A stretch of 64,000 nucleotides of DNA, taken from contig CM052816.1 in assembly GCA_028534125.1 (NCBI GenBank), positions 31,064,001 to 31,128,000 of the forward strand. Reading direction: 5' to 3'. The position numbers and the translations under genes were made by a program. The DNA comes from Lama glama (Eukaryota). Shown here piece after piece: positions 1-13,458 of this stretch. Positions within the stretch are counted from its first letter, which is position 1; every line of letters starts with the position of its first letter. Under the pieces are notes generated by a model. It saw only the letters and a program-made list of their open reading frames with translations. It searched no databases and was not told the DNA's origin.

Positions 1-1370
1 AATGACAAGCTGATTCCAAAATTTAAATGGAAATGCAAATGACCTAAACGAGTCAAAGCAATTTTTTTTAAAGAGTTGAAGGAGCTACACTATCTAATTT
101 GGAGACTTATTATAAAGCTACAGAAATAAAAGACAATGTGGCATTGGCAAAGGATAGACATACAGACCTATCAACTGACCGCTGACAAAGGTGCCAAGGT
201 AAGTGATGCTGGAACAACGAGACAACTACAAGGAAACAAAATAATCAACAACTCCTACCTAACACCAAACACAAAACTGACCTCAAAATGAAAGTGCTAA
301 ACCATCAAACTTCTAGAAAATGTTAGAGAAAATCTTCATGATCTTAGGATAGGCAAATATTTTACATAGAACTAAAAAGTATAAATCATAAAAGAAAAAA
401 TTATAAACTAGACTTCATTAAAATTAAAAATTCTATTCTTCAAAAATCACTCTTAGGAAAAAAGGCAAGCCAAAGACTAATAAAACATTCACAACATACA
501 TACCTGACAAAAGACTTGTATCCAAACTGTAAGAATTCTTACCTCAATAAGACAAAGAAATCTGTTTTTTAAAATGGGCAAAGATTTGAACAGATAATTC
601 ACAAGATAAACAAATGGCCAGTAAACACTTTAAAAGACGTTCAGTATCCTTATGTTCAATATTCGTACACCTATTAGAATGGCTAAAATTTCAAAGACTG
701 GCAACATCAAGTGTTGGCCAGAATGTGAAGAAATTGCTGGTTAAAATGTAAAATAGTATAACCACTTTGGAAAACTATTTGGCAGTTTCTTAAAAATGTA
801 AACTTACACTTATCTGACAACCCAGTCAATCTGCACCTAAGAAATTACTCAAGAGAAATAAAAATGTATGTCCATACAAAGGTGTGTACATGAATGTCAA
901 CAGATTTATTCAGAATATTCCAAAACTGGAAGTAGCCCAAATATCCATTAACAGGTGAACGGATAAACAAATTGTGACACATCCATAAGACAGAATACCA
1001 CCATGCAATAAAAAAGAATATCAGACTGCAGTAAAAAAAGAACACACTATTAGCACATACAACAACATGGATGACCCTCACAATCACACTCAGTGGAAGA
1101 AGCCAGACAGAGGAAAGTATATGTGTATGATTCCATTTATATAAAATCCTACAAAACACAACCTGCAGTGAAAGAGAGCAGATCAGTGGTTTCCTGGGGC
1201 CAGGGTTAGGGGAGGAAGAAACTGCCAAAGGGCATGAGGAAGAGGCTCTGTATTCTGACTGTGATAATGATCTCATGGATATACATCTTTCAAAATCCAT
1301 CAAATGGGGCAACTTAAAAGGATACAGATTACTATGTAAATTATAATTTAATAGCATTATTTTAAAAAGG
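1..1370 (+). mobile_element. Old L1 (L1M-type), 3' ORF2 and 3'UTR, decayed
   Basis: Degenerate ORF2-like sequence and an old-L1 3'UTR (atccattaacaggtgaacggataaacaaattgtg ... atgattccatttatata). Boundaries approximate. Confidence 0.8.
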
Positions 1371-3794
1371 TTCAATATACTAAAGGCTATAACAGAGGAA
1401 TGTATAGATGCAATAGGAGAACATCTTCAGCTACCCGCTACCACTCACCCTCCTTGCCATCCTCTAATCATTGTCAAGAACAGGAGGCAGTAGGCCTCAA
1501 AGGACCAAACCACACCACTACTTGCCTCCCAGAGAAAGAATTCTATACTGTGACATGTATAAACATACAAAGACAATGTCAGAATCCCAGATATGACTAT
1601 TATGCAACATAATATCCGTATTACATAGACGTGAATATATTACCATATATCATAGACGCAAATGAACTTCTTGAATTAATCCTGGAGTTACCCTGCACCC
1701 AGGTGACTGCCCACCTCCACAAAGCATACTGCAGAGGGATTCCCACTAGGTAGTCTCCAGAGGCATCAAACATCCAAAAGAGACTGAAGCAATGCCCTTC
1801 TTTAAGGCTGCTGCAACACCACACCAAAACAAGAGGTATACGTGCTTTATTACAAATATCATAGCTTAGGGACACTCTCTAACCTACACCCTAAGTCAAT
1901 CTAGTATCACCACTAAGGTGGCATGAAACTTAATTATACTCCCTGACCCAAAAACTTGGTCAAAATACCTAACTGGTCTTCATATCCGAGTTATACAGTG
2001 ATGAGGGAAAACAATGAATCATCCTTCATACTGTTTGCCACCTCTGCACACCACGAATATATGAAGACAACAGTACAAGTCTGAGGACAATGAAATGTCA
2101 TTCAACTAATGCTCTCACAATTGGCAACACTGAAAAAGCACATCAACTCTATTTAGCAAGTGTACATTGTTGTATACTATGACATAAGAATAATTTGGCA
2201 ACAGGACAGTTCTTTGGCATTAGTAAAATATTTAATTTGTTAATGGTTCTGGTTTTAGCCAATTATCTTTAAAGCACAGAATACATTTCATCTTCAGATT
2301 AAATTGATTAAGGGTCTCTTAGATCTAAGGTTCTTTAAATTTATTGCTGCATCAACAGCTAATGACATCACCTTTTTTTCCTAGAGAATTTCCATTTCAA
2401 GCTAAAGCAATTCTTGCTATACATAATTCCACTTTTAAAGAGGAAAAATGTAAATGACTGAATCTAGTGTTTCAGTAAAACTCAAGAGTCATGAAATAAA
2501 TGAACCACAAAAGCCTTAAAGGTACAACCAAAATGAAAACACAAAAGAACTCTAGGAAATACAAAATATAATCCATATCCCTTCTCTCTTCACTGTTCCT
2601 TCCTCTACCAACAAACACAAATATCCCTCCTTAAAAGAAAACCTAATGAACTGAGCTTCAAAACAGCACAATTTGTAAGGCAAGAATACTGTGTATTTAT
2701 TCATCTAACAGCTATTTTTTGAGAACCCACTGTCTCCCAAGGGCCATTTAAAGTAGTGAAAATATAGCAGTGAACAAAACAGACAAAAATTCCAGCCCTT
2801 GTGGACCTTGTAGTTTAGTAGTAGAGACAGACAATTAAAAAAAAAAAAACAAGTGGGATATAATAGTGGGCCAGATAAGAATAAGTATTATGGAAACAAA
2901 AATGAAGTAAAAAAGTACCATAGACGTGGAGGCATTTCTCACTATAACGGCAAGGCCCACTGATAAATGTAATACATGAACAAAGTGCTGAAAAAGATAA
3001 GAAAGCCAACAACATGAACATCGAAGAGTTTTAAGTGAGCCAGGTGGAGGTCAACAAGCTAGTGGACCAAGAGAGGTTACTGATCATGTAGGACCTTAAA
3101 GGCAATTGTAAGAACTCTGACTTCTATTATAAGCAACATGGAAAGACTCTGCTGGATTTGGAGCAGAGGTGGGATAGAATAAGACTTATAAAAGAATCAC
3201 ATTTAGAGTTCCTAATCTGATAATGGTAGGAAGTAGTTTATATAACATCAACTTCCTTGCAAACAAAAAGTATAACCTCTAAACAAAGTATTTTAAAAAC
3301 AATGATTTGAAGGCATTGGAGAATGACTAAAACAGGCAGAAGTTAATGGGAATTCAACTCATAAAAGACGGGAACCACAAGTTGGCAGAAACATATTTAT
3401 GACTTTTTACATTTCTATGACTTTTCCAAATCTATGTAGCATGGCATGGCTAAAAATGAAATAGAAAGCCTGAGATTTGGTTTAAGTGGTCAGCAATCCC
3501 GTTCCCAGATATTTACTGAAGGGAAATGAAAACATATGTCCACAGAAAGACCTGTACACAACTGTTAACAGCAGTCATTCATAACAGCCAGAAACTGGAA
3601 AGTTCCTCAAGAGGAGTACAGATAAACAAATTGTTATTTTCATACAAAGGAACATTACTCAGCAACAAAAGAATTACTGATAACAACAACACGAATGAAA
3701 CATAAAAAACAAATAAACAAAAAAACCAACATTATGTTGAGAGATATTAGACAGACACATTTATTTGAGTTCAGTTATATTAAGTCCAAGAACA

Positions 3795-6004
3795 TATTCA
3801 GCAAGGTAGCAGGTTACAAGATTAACATTAAAAAATCAGTTGCATTTCTTTACACTAACAATGAATCAACTGAAAAAGAAAGTAAAGAAACAATCCCCTT
3901 TAAAATAGCACCCAAAGTAATAAAATACCTAGGAATAAATCTAAGCAAGGAGGTGAAAGAATTATACACAGAAAACTATAAACCATTGATGAAGGAAATT
4001 AAAGAAGACTTAAACAAATGGAAGGTTACCCCACACTCCTGGATTGGAAGAATTAATATTGTTAAATGGTCACACTGCCAAAGGCAATCTACAGATTTAA
4101 TGCAATCCCTATCAAATTACCCAGGATATATTTCACAGAACTAGAACAAATCATAATAAAATTTATATGGAACCATCAAAGACCTAGAATTGCCAAAGCA
4201 TTACTGAACAAAAAGAAAGAGGCTGGAGGAATAACTCTCCCAGACTTCAGACAATACTATAGAGCTACAATAATAAAAACAGCATGGTACTGGTACAAAA
4301 ACAGACATACAGACCAATGGAACAGAATAGAGAGCCCAGAAATGAACCCACAAACTTTTGGTCAACAATCTTTGACAAAGGAGGCAAGAATATACAATGG
4401 AATAAAGACAGTCTCTTCAGCAAATGGTGCTGGGAAAACTGGACAGCAGCATGCAAAACTATGAAGCTAGAACACTCCCTTACACCATACACAAAAATAA
4501 ACTCAAAATGGATCAAAGACTTAAACATAAGACAAGATACAATAAATCTCCTAGAAGAAAATATAGGCAACACATTATCTCACGTACATCTCAAAAATGT
4601 TCTCCTAGGGCAGTCTACCCAAGTAACAGAAATAAAAGCAAGAATAAACAAATGGGACCTAATGAAACTTACAAGCTTCTGCACAGCAAAGGAAACCATA
4701 AATAAAACAAAACGACAACCTACAGAATGAGAAAATTTTTGCAAACGATGAAACTGACAAAGGCTTGATTTCCAGAATATATAAGCAACTCATACGACTT
4801 AATAAGAAAAAAACAAACAACCCAATTCAAAAATGGGCAGAAGACCTAAACAAGCAATTCTCCAAGGAAGACATACAAATGATCAATAGCCACATGAAAA
4901 AATGCTCAATATCACTAATTATCAGAGAAATGCAAATCAAAANNNNNNNNNNNNNNNNNNNNNNNNNNNNNNNNNNNNNNNNNNNNNNNNNNNNNNNNNN
5001 NNNNNNNNNNNNNNNNNNNNNNNNNNNNNNNNNNNNNNNNNNNNNNNNNNNNNNNNNNNNNNNNNNNNNNNNNNNNNNNNNNNNNNNNNNNNNNNNNNNN
5101 NNNNNNNNNNNNNNNNNNNNNNNNNNNNNNNNNNNNNNNNNNNNNNNNNNNNNNNNNNNNNNNNNNNNNNNNNNNNNNNNNNNNNNNNNNNNNNNNNNNN
5201 NNNNNNNNNNNNNNNNNNNNNNNNNNNNNNNNNNNNNNNNNNNNNNNNNNNNNNNNNNNNNNNNNNNNNNNNNNNNNNNNNNNNNNNNNNNNNNNNNNNN
5301 NNNNNNNNNNNNNNNNNNNNNNNNNNNNNNNNNNNNNNNNNNNNNNNNNNNNNNNNNNNNNNNNNNNNNNNNNNNNNNNNNNNNNNNNNNNNNNNNNNNN
5401 NNNNNNNNNNNNNNNNNNNNNNNNNNNNNNNNNNNNNNNNNNAATGTTCATAGCAGCACTATTTACAATAGTCAAGACATGGAAACAGCCTAAATGTCCA
5501 TCGACAGATGACTGGATAAAGAAGATGTGTATTTATACAATGGAATACTATTCAGCCATAAAAACTGACAACATAATGCCATTTGCAGCAACGTGGATGT
5601 TCCTGGAGAATGTCATTCTAAGTGAAGTAAGCCAGAAAGAGAAAGAAAAATACCATATGAGATCGCTCATATGTGGAATCTAAAAAAAAAAACATAAATA
5701 CAAAACAGAACACACTCATATCATAGAATACACAGTTGTGGTTGCCAAGTGGGCGGAGGGTGGGAAGGGACAGACTGGGACTTCAAAATTTGTAGATCCT
5801 GACAGGCATATGTAGAATAGATAAACAAGATTATACTGTATAGCTCAGGGAAATATATACAAGATCTTGAGGTAGCTCACAGTGAAAAAGAAAATGTGAC
5901 AATGAATATATGTATGTTCATGCGTAACTGAAAAATTGTGCTCTACACTGGAATTTGACACAACATTGTAAAATGACTATAAAAAATTTTAAAAAGTGAA
6001 AAAA
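3795..6004 (+). mobile_element. Young 5'-truncated L1 (ORF2 C-terminal half plus 3'UTR) nested in an older L1 3' end
   Basis: Frameshifted ORF2 peptides ([45 protein letters not shown]) and an A-rich tail. 16-bp target-site duplication (TSD) attaa(g/a)tccaagaaca at 3779-3794 and 6005-6020. Old-L1 sequence lies on both sides (about 3500-3780 and 6020-6215). Confidence 0.93.
4943..5442. other. Assembly gap of 500 N
   Basis: Run of N seen directly. Confidence 1.
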
Positions 6005-6778
6005 ATTAAATCCAAGAACAGAAAAAGACAATCTATAGTGATGCAAAGTGAGGATGAAGGTGGAGGGAATCAAAACTGGCACTTTCCATTGACAAAAGAT
6101 TTTCTCTATTTTGCTATGGATAAGGATTAAATGGGTATATATAATTTCTGAAATTCACAAACAAAACACTTAAAATTTTTGCATTTTCTGAAAGTAAATT
6201 ATATTTCAATAAAAATGGTAAATAAATATAGCAACATTTAAACCTCACATTTACGTTCAGTCAATTCCAGCACATGGAAAAACTATGGCTTTCAATCATA
6301 ATATGCCAACAACTAAATTAACAAAAGAGGCAGAAATCTGACTTGCATACAGATAAAATTACAAGATACCTTTCCTATAAATGCAGATGACTGTCAAGAA
6401 GCATTTAAATCTTGAAAAAGTGCTCAGATATGTATTCATAGTTACATATTGTGCTTTAAGATTAAGCAATATGAAGTATGTTTTTTCTGTTCTCTTTATA
6501 ATAAAGCCATTCAGCCATCCTTAGAATTCTAAAAGAAATGAAACAAGAATATTTAAGAAAACAAAACAAAAAGAACACAGTAAGTTTTAAAAACGTCAAA
6601 TCCAAATTTCTAATTTCTTATATTACATATAAACGGTATTTAACAATTAGTGAAGCAAACAGTTGTTATACTTAACAATAAAGTAAATCTTACTATAATA
6701 GTTTAAAGAGGATTTTTTTAGACTTCTTAGGAACATTATTAGAAGGGCCATCCATTTTTTATGTTTCTCAAGAACATG

Positions 6779-6848
6779 TGAGAAGATATGATGAATTTCA
6801 CTATATAATGAAATGAGAAGACATGATGAATTTCACTATATAATGAAT
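6779..6848. repeat. 35-bp tandem duplication
   Basis: tgagaaga(t/c)atgatgaatttcactatataatgaa occurs twice, head to tail. Confidence 0.95.
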
Positions 6849-8979
6849 AAACATTACGACTAAATTTGCTACATGACTGGTAAAGTTAAAAACACTCTTA
6901 ACAGGAAAAATCACATTACATGCATTTTAAGCATTCAAAACAGATACAACTGTCAAATTTACCTTTAAAAAAGCTCCCTAATAAACATATAAGTGCATTT
7001 TAAGAAAAGGAATCAGTACTTGTAGCCTTAAAAAAGCAGGGTACTCAGAGTGCTTGAAATATGCTTTATGTATATTTCCCATAATCATGTTACTAAGGAA
7101 TAGGGTGAACTTGGAATGTAAACATATTTTAGGGAAAAAAATTACATTAAACAAATCAATTCTTTTCCTTAAGTCTCAGAAAAAAAGAGATATATGTCAG
7201 TAATATTTGACATGTAAGTTTTTACATTGTGTATGGTAGAAATATACATAAAGGAACTCTAACCAGAATTTTAGGACTAAAATTAAACACAATATTCAAG
7301 TTATGTCTGAAAGTGTATTTGTAATTTAACAAATGTAACCACATGGGCATTATAACAAAAATCAAACAGGTAACCCTGTTAGAACACTGCTAACATAGTC
7401 AACACAGATAAAAGAGGAAAGAATACAAATTCTGATAAGCAGTGGTAACTTTTCAGTCTCAGGTCTCCAAAGAGGTTAAGATAAAACGTATTCTTTTAAA
7501 AAAGTGCGATGGGATAAAATTTTTAAATCCTTTCAATCACATCATGTAAAAAGCTATCAGTTAGATTAATTTTCAGTCTGCCTCTCTCTTATTAGATTTA
7601 AATAATAGAAGATAAAGAGAGGTGTTTTGAAAAATTGAATTAAAGATAAGCTCTTTTTGATTTTTAACTTCCTACTTAATTGAATGTAACTCTCTGAATT
7701 TAGAATTATTTCCACAGATGTTCCACTGCAAGCCCAACATAGATAGTTCACATGAACCCTAAATTATTTTAAAACAACACTCAGTCATTGTAAATACACC
7801 TTTTGTTCACTATATAGTAAGTCATTGCCATATATTTTTGTTACAATTTAAATGATATGATCTATTTTCATCCATGGCTATTTTAGTCACCCTATGCTAA
7901 ACAGTTATCAGGCAAAAAAGGAAGACAACATTATAGCTACCATAGGTACCACGACATAAAAGGTAACAAGGCTTAATTAAGAAACAGACCAAACTAATTT
8001 CCATCTCAGCATCATCATGGACCATTTGGGTTAACATGGCAAAGTTAGATTTTCTAAAGTTTTATTTCCTTCCTTTCCAAAGATATGAAACACACACATA
8101 CACAAAACTACATAAACCACCCTGCATAATGCCTGACACAGAAAAATTCTGCTGCTAACATCTAAGTGGTAGTATAGTATAATGGCTTAGAAGTGTAACT
8201 AATCGTGTAAATCCCAACTCGGCCACTTACTTAGTTCCGTGACCATGGACCAATTATTTAATCTCTCTAACCCTCAATTTAATTTTAAATATAAACTAGA
8301 ACTATTAATGGGTTTACAAGATATAAAGCTTATTATAAAATACTTAGTAGAATATTTGGCCCACAATAACACAAGAAATGTTTGCTATTATTATATTATC
8401 TTAATTAAACATTTAAGGCATTAAAATAATGTATAGCTATCCTCTCATATATTCAGTATTGGCAAAAGGTGATTTCCTATATTCTCAAGGGACCAATGTA
8501 CAATTAATCAGGTCCTTCCAACGATTTTTTGCATCTTTTCTATGACAACTGATTGAATCACTTCTTAAACAGAAGTTAATGTCATTCAACATAATATAAG
8601 GAGGAAGTATTACTTTTAAAAAAGTAACAAACTGCCATCCAAAAGACACTAAAAAATGACTTAAAATTGGAAGTGGGAAAAGAAGGGTTTTTTTAACAAT
8701 ACAAGTATACTGTACTCAAATAAATGCAAGGAAAAACAGAAGAAAATTATGTAAATAGAAACCGGCAAATATTCAAAGGCAACTGGAGTTTTTTTTTTTT
8801 TTTAGTGAAGATGGTTGAAGAAGAATTTCAGGGACAAAAAAATGGAAAACTTAAAATCTGTACAAGATATCAGAAAAAGCAGAAATTAAAATGATGAAAA
8901 CAAAGCACTGATGTTGAGAACACTTGTGATCTCTCAGAATATAGAGTTAAAAAAAAAAAGGAGAGAAATGAAAAGAATA

Positions 8980-10960
8980 CACTTTGTAAACCCACAACTA
9001 GCACTTTACTTAATAATGAGAGACTGAATGCTTTCTCTCTAAAACCGAGAACAAAGCAGGGTGCTCAGGCTTATGAATCCTATTCAACATCATATTAGAA
9101 GTCCTAGTCTGCACAATAAGGCAAGAAAACAAAAGCCAAACAAACTGGAAATGGAGAAGTAAAACTGTCTGTATTCATGGACAACCTGACTGTCTACAAA
9201 GAAAATCACAAGAAAAACAAACCAAAAAAACCTGCTGTAACTAGTGAGTGTACCAAGGTCTTGAATACAATGTCAATATGCAAAAATCAATTGTGTTTCT
9301 ATACATTTGATCTTAGCCAAAAGGCCAAGAAGTGTTCAACTGTGTTTTCATATACAAATTAACTGGAAACCAAAATTTTAAATATAGTACTACTTATAAC
9401 TCAGAGCAAAAACAAAAAGACAAAATACTCAGGTTAAGAATGTTCAAATCTAACAAAATATGCACAGAATCTGTAAAATGAAAAACACTGATATAAGAAA
9501 TCAAACAGGACCTAAATAAACGGAGAGATATACTCAATACAGAGGTAAGAAGTCATTTCTCTAAAACGTGATCTATAAATTAAATAATCTCAATCAAAAT
9601 TCCAGAGGCTTTTCTGCAGATATAAAAAAACCTGGCTTTCAAATTTATATAAAAAGGTAAAGGAACTAGAGCAGCCAAAAAAAAAATTAAAAAGAACAAA
9701 GTAAGCAGATTAACAATATTTTAAGACTTACTACAAAGCTACAGTAATTAAGGCAGCATGGTAGTGGCATAAGGCAGAAAAGAGAACAATGGAACCAAAA
9801 AGAGAGTCCAGAAAAAGAAAGATAAAAATGTCAAATGATTTTTAACAAAGAGGCTAAGGCAATTCAATGGCAAAAAGATGTTATCAATAATTATGCTGGA
9901 ACAAATGAACAACCAGATGAGAAAAAAAGAACTTGGACCTGTACCTCATGCCTTACACAAAACTAACACAAAATGGATCTTAGACTTAAATGTAGAACAT
10001 AAACCTATGAAACACTTAGAAGAAAACAAAACAGAGAATCTTTGTGACACTGCATTAGGTTACAAGTCCTTAGATACAAAACCAAAAGCAGAATCAATAA
10101 AAGAAAAAAAATGATAACTCAAACTTCGTCAAATTTAAAAGCTTTTACTTTGCAAAAGACACTCAGAAACTGAAAAGGAAAACTACAGACTAGGAGAAAA
10201 TATCTGCAAATCACTTATTTGACAAAGGACTCAGACTCACAAAACTCAACAGAAAGAAAACAAACACCCTCCACACACTGTAAGAATCAAAAAACAAGAA
10301 CAAAAACAAAACTCATGAATTTCTATATGCTGAGATTTACACCTGTAATTGTCCTTTATATTCATATTACTATAATTATTCATCTGTCATAATGTGGAAA
10401 TACTGTTAGGCAAAAGATCTGAACAGACACTTTACCAAAGAAGATATATGGACAGCACGTGAGAACACAAAAAGATCATCACCATAATTTGTCACTAGGG
10501 AAATGTAAATTTAAGACACAAGATACCACTACAAACCTAACAGAATAGCTTTACTACAACTGACAATACCAAGCGCTGACAAGGATTTGAAACTACTGGA
10601 ACTCTCACATAATGCTGGTGAAAACGCAAAATACCAATCTTTCACAAATACTTCCAGGAAATAGAAGAGGAGTGGGGGAACATTTCCCAACTCATTTTGC
10701 AAGGTCAGTATTAACCTGCTACCACCAAAGAAATCACAAGAAAATTACAGAGCAATATCCCTCATGAACACAGATGGAAAAATCTTTTAACAAAAATATT
10801 AGTAAATCAAATACAGTAACATACCAAAAGGATTATACACCACAACCAAGTGAGATTTATCCCAGGAATACAACGTTGGTTGAAAATCTGGAAGTCAATT
10901 ATGCAATACAACATATTAACAGAAAAACAGAGCAAAATCTGTATGATCATCTTAACCTCC
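8980..10960 (+). mobile_element. Old fragmented L1 ORF2 remnants
   Basis: Decayed ORF2 motifs (ctattcaacatcatattagaagtcctag, gaagtaaaactgtc, aagacttactacaaagctacagtaat). 10635-10960 derives from a more 5' ORF2 segment. Boundaries approximate. Confidence 0.8.
9302..9336 (-). pseudogene. U2 snRNA 5' fragment retrocopy (about nt 1-35), no poly(A) tail
   Basis: The reverse complement AACACTTCTTGGCCTTTTGGCTAAGATCAAATGTA matches U2 ATCGCTTCTCGGCCTTTTGGCTAAGATCAAGTGTA at 31/35; flanked by a degenerate direct repeat. Confidence 0.9.
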
Positions 10961-11436
10961 ATTAAGAGTAATTAAAGGTTACTAAAGAGCTTTGTGACAC
11001 TGCTGTTTCTTTATATTTTTCCCAAAGTGTTCATTTTGCTTACTGTTTGCTACTAAGCAAGTATTGAGTACCTTCTGCATAGAAGGCATTCTGCTAGGTC
11101 CTGATACGAACACACAAAAACAAGTAAATACGTGATTCAGTGAAAATTTTGTCTTATACATAAGATAGTTAAAAGAATAACCAACTCTGCCCAAGGACTC
11201 AGAAAAAAAAAAGACTGTCTCATTCCTAAGTTATAGAAACATATTTTAAACTGGCAATTAAAATTAAATCACAATGGTAGCAAATACATATTGAAATACC
11301 TTTATAGGCTTATTAGATACAATACTTCCTATTCCCTGATTTACCTCTTTACAAAGATTATCACCTTAAACACTCTTCAGGTATAATAATTCATGTCACA
11401 CATTATTGAAAAATAGCTTTTGGGTAGTATATCCTA

Positions 11437-11595
<159 letters not shown>

Positions 11596-11634
11596 CTAGT
11601 TGAGAGGAAAAAAAAAAATCACATATATTCCCAA

Positions 11635-11979
11635 TTTTTTTTTTGTTTTTATAATGAAGTATAGTTGGTTTATAACACTGTGCTAATTCCTGGTGTATAG
11701 CATAGTGATTCAGCTATTTATATATATTCCTTTTCAAATTCTTTTTCATTATAGGCTATTATAAGGTATTGAATATAGTTCCCTGTGCTATGCAGTAGGA
11801 CGTTGTCACTTAACTATTTTTATATATAGTAGTATCTGCAGATTCCAAACTCCCAGTTAATCTCTCCACACACGCTCCCCACCCATCTTTCTGCTCGGTA
11901 ACCACAAGTTTGTTTTCTATGTCTGTGAGTCTGTTTCTGTTTTGTAAATAAGTTCATTTGTGTCATTTTTTTAGGTTTC
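11635..11979 (-). mobile_element. L1 3'UTR fragment, cetartiodactyl type
   Basis: Poly-T followed by gaagtatagttg ... atagttccctgtgctatgcagtagg; weak TSD atattcNNaat. Confidence 0.85.
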
Positions 11980-13185
11980 ATATTCGTAATGTTCATACAG
12001 AGACCTTGAACTACAAAATTACTTTAAATGATTTACCCCCCCCAAAAAATTTTGTATTTCTATTGAAGAAAATTTTTATTATTTTAGAAGTAATAATATA
12101 CACAACCAAGGGCTGGAAGATTCAGGATTAAACAGCCTAAATTATTCAGGCTAAACATTTTTATTTTTGCCTGTGGTTTAAGTAATACTAAATCCACTTA
12201 ACAGAAAAACTTCTTTGCTTTAGTTATGTAAATGGTATTCTAATTAAAAATTCATTTCCTTATTTCACTGAACTATTTCAAATGAGTATATAATGGTTTT
12301 GTTTCTCAACTCACAAAATTTTTCCAAGAAACACTTTCTTAAAACCACTTTCCTCTACCAACTTCCTAGGTAATATATAATAAAAAAAATGAAAACTGTT
12401 TAAAGTGGTAACTGTTCTGTTTTTTATATCATTCCGTAACAACTTCCTCATAAACCCCATGCTGTTCTATCCTGTTCAGTTACTCTTTTCTTCTATTAAA
12501 GGTCCACCAAGGAAAAGAACCACCGTCATCTTCATGCTCTGTAATCTGCATGAGGCTGCATGTAAGAGATGCCTGGCAGCTTGTCCTCCTAACTTTTATT
12601 TCACAAGTGTCCTACTTAACTGAACAACAAGAATTTGTAAAGAATCTCTTTTAAGCCCAGTAATGTGCTAGGTTTGTGTAAGATGCACAAAATATCTTAT
12701 TCTGTCCCCTCCACAAATTAAAAACCTAGTGGAGGAGACATAACTGACATATATGAAATAATGAAAAGACTAACAATGTGCTCCACCATGACGAGCCAAG
12801 GATAAAAGGAACCCAAATAAGGGGAAGACTGAAAGTATAAGGGGTCAAGGCTGCAATGGGAGACGTGACTTGAACAATGGACTGAATTTAGATGAAAAGA
12901 ATGAATGCAGCTCAGTACGAAGAAGCAGTATGACAAAAGGTCCTCTGACAACTATTTCTCTTCTTTTTATTTATCATCATAGCCAAATAAATCCCCCCAA
13001 ATCATTCATTAAATTTCTTAAATAAAATGGGTTCACTTTTCCAAATTATTATACCAAGTAACAATAAATTTAAATCTTTTTAAGCTGTCTCAATTGAATG
13101 AAGTCTTGATTCATATTATCAAATACTTTACTCCACTACTCAACACAAAGACTGTTTTGCAGATCCAATACCAGGGAAAAAATCA

Positions 13186-13458
<273 letters not shown>

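Noticed and set aside
845..1375. 176-aa hydrophobic ORF on the minus strand
   Set aside because: Antisense reading of an old L1 3'UTR; the same explanation fits the T-rich ORFs at 48836-49303 and 61937-62374.
3695..5683. Several ORFs with convincing protein-like sequence
   Set aside because: They are frameshifted L1 ORF2 fragments; the 180-240-aa ORFs are artefacts of the N run.
6788..6830. ATGATGA box-C-like motifs suggesting a C/D snoRNA
   Set aside because: They come from the 35-bp duplication; no suitably placed box D or terminal stem.
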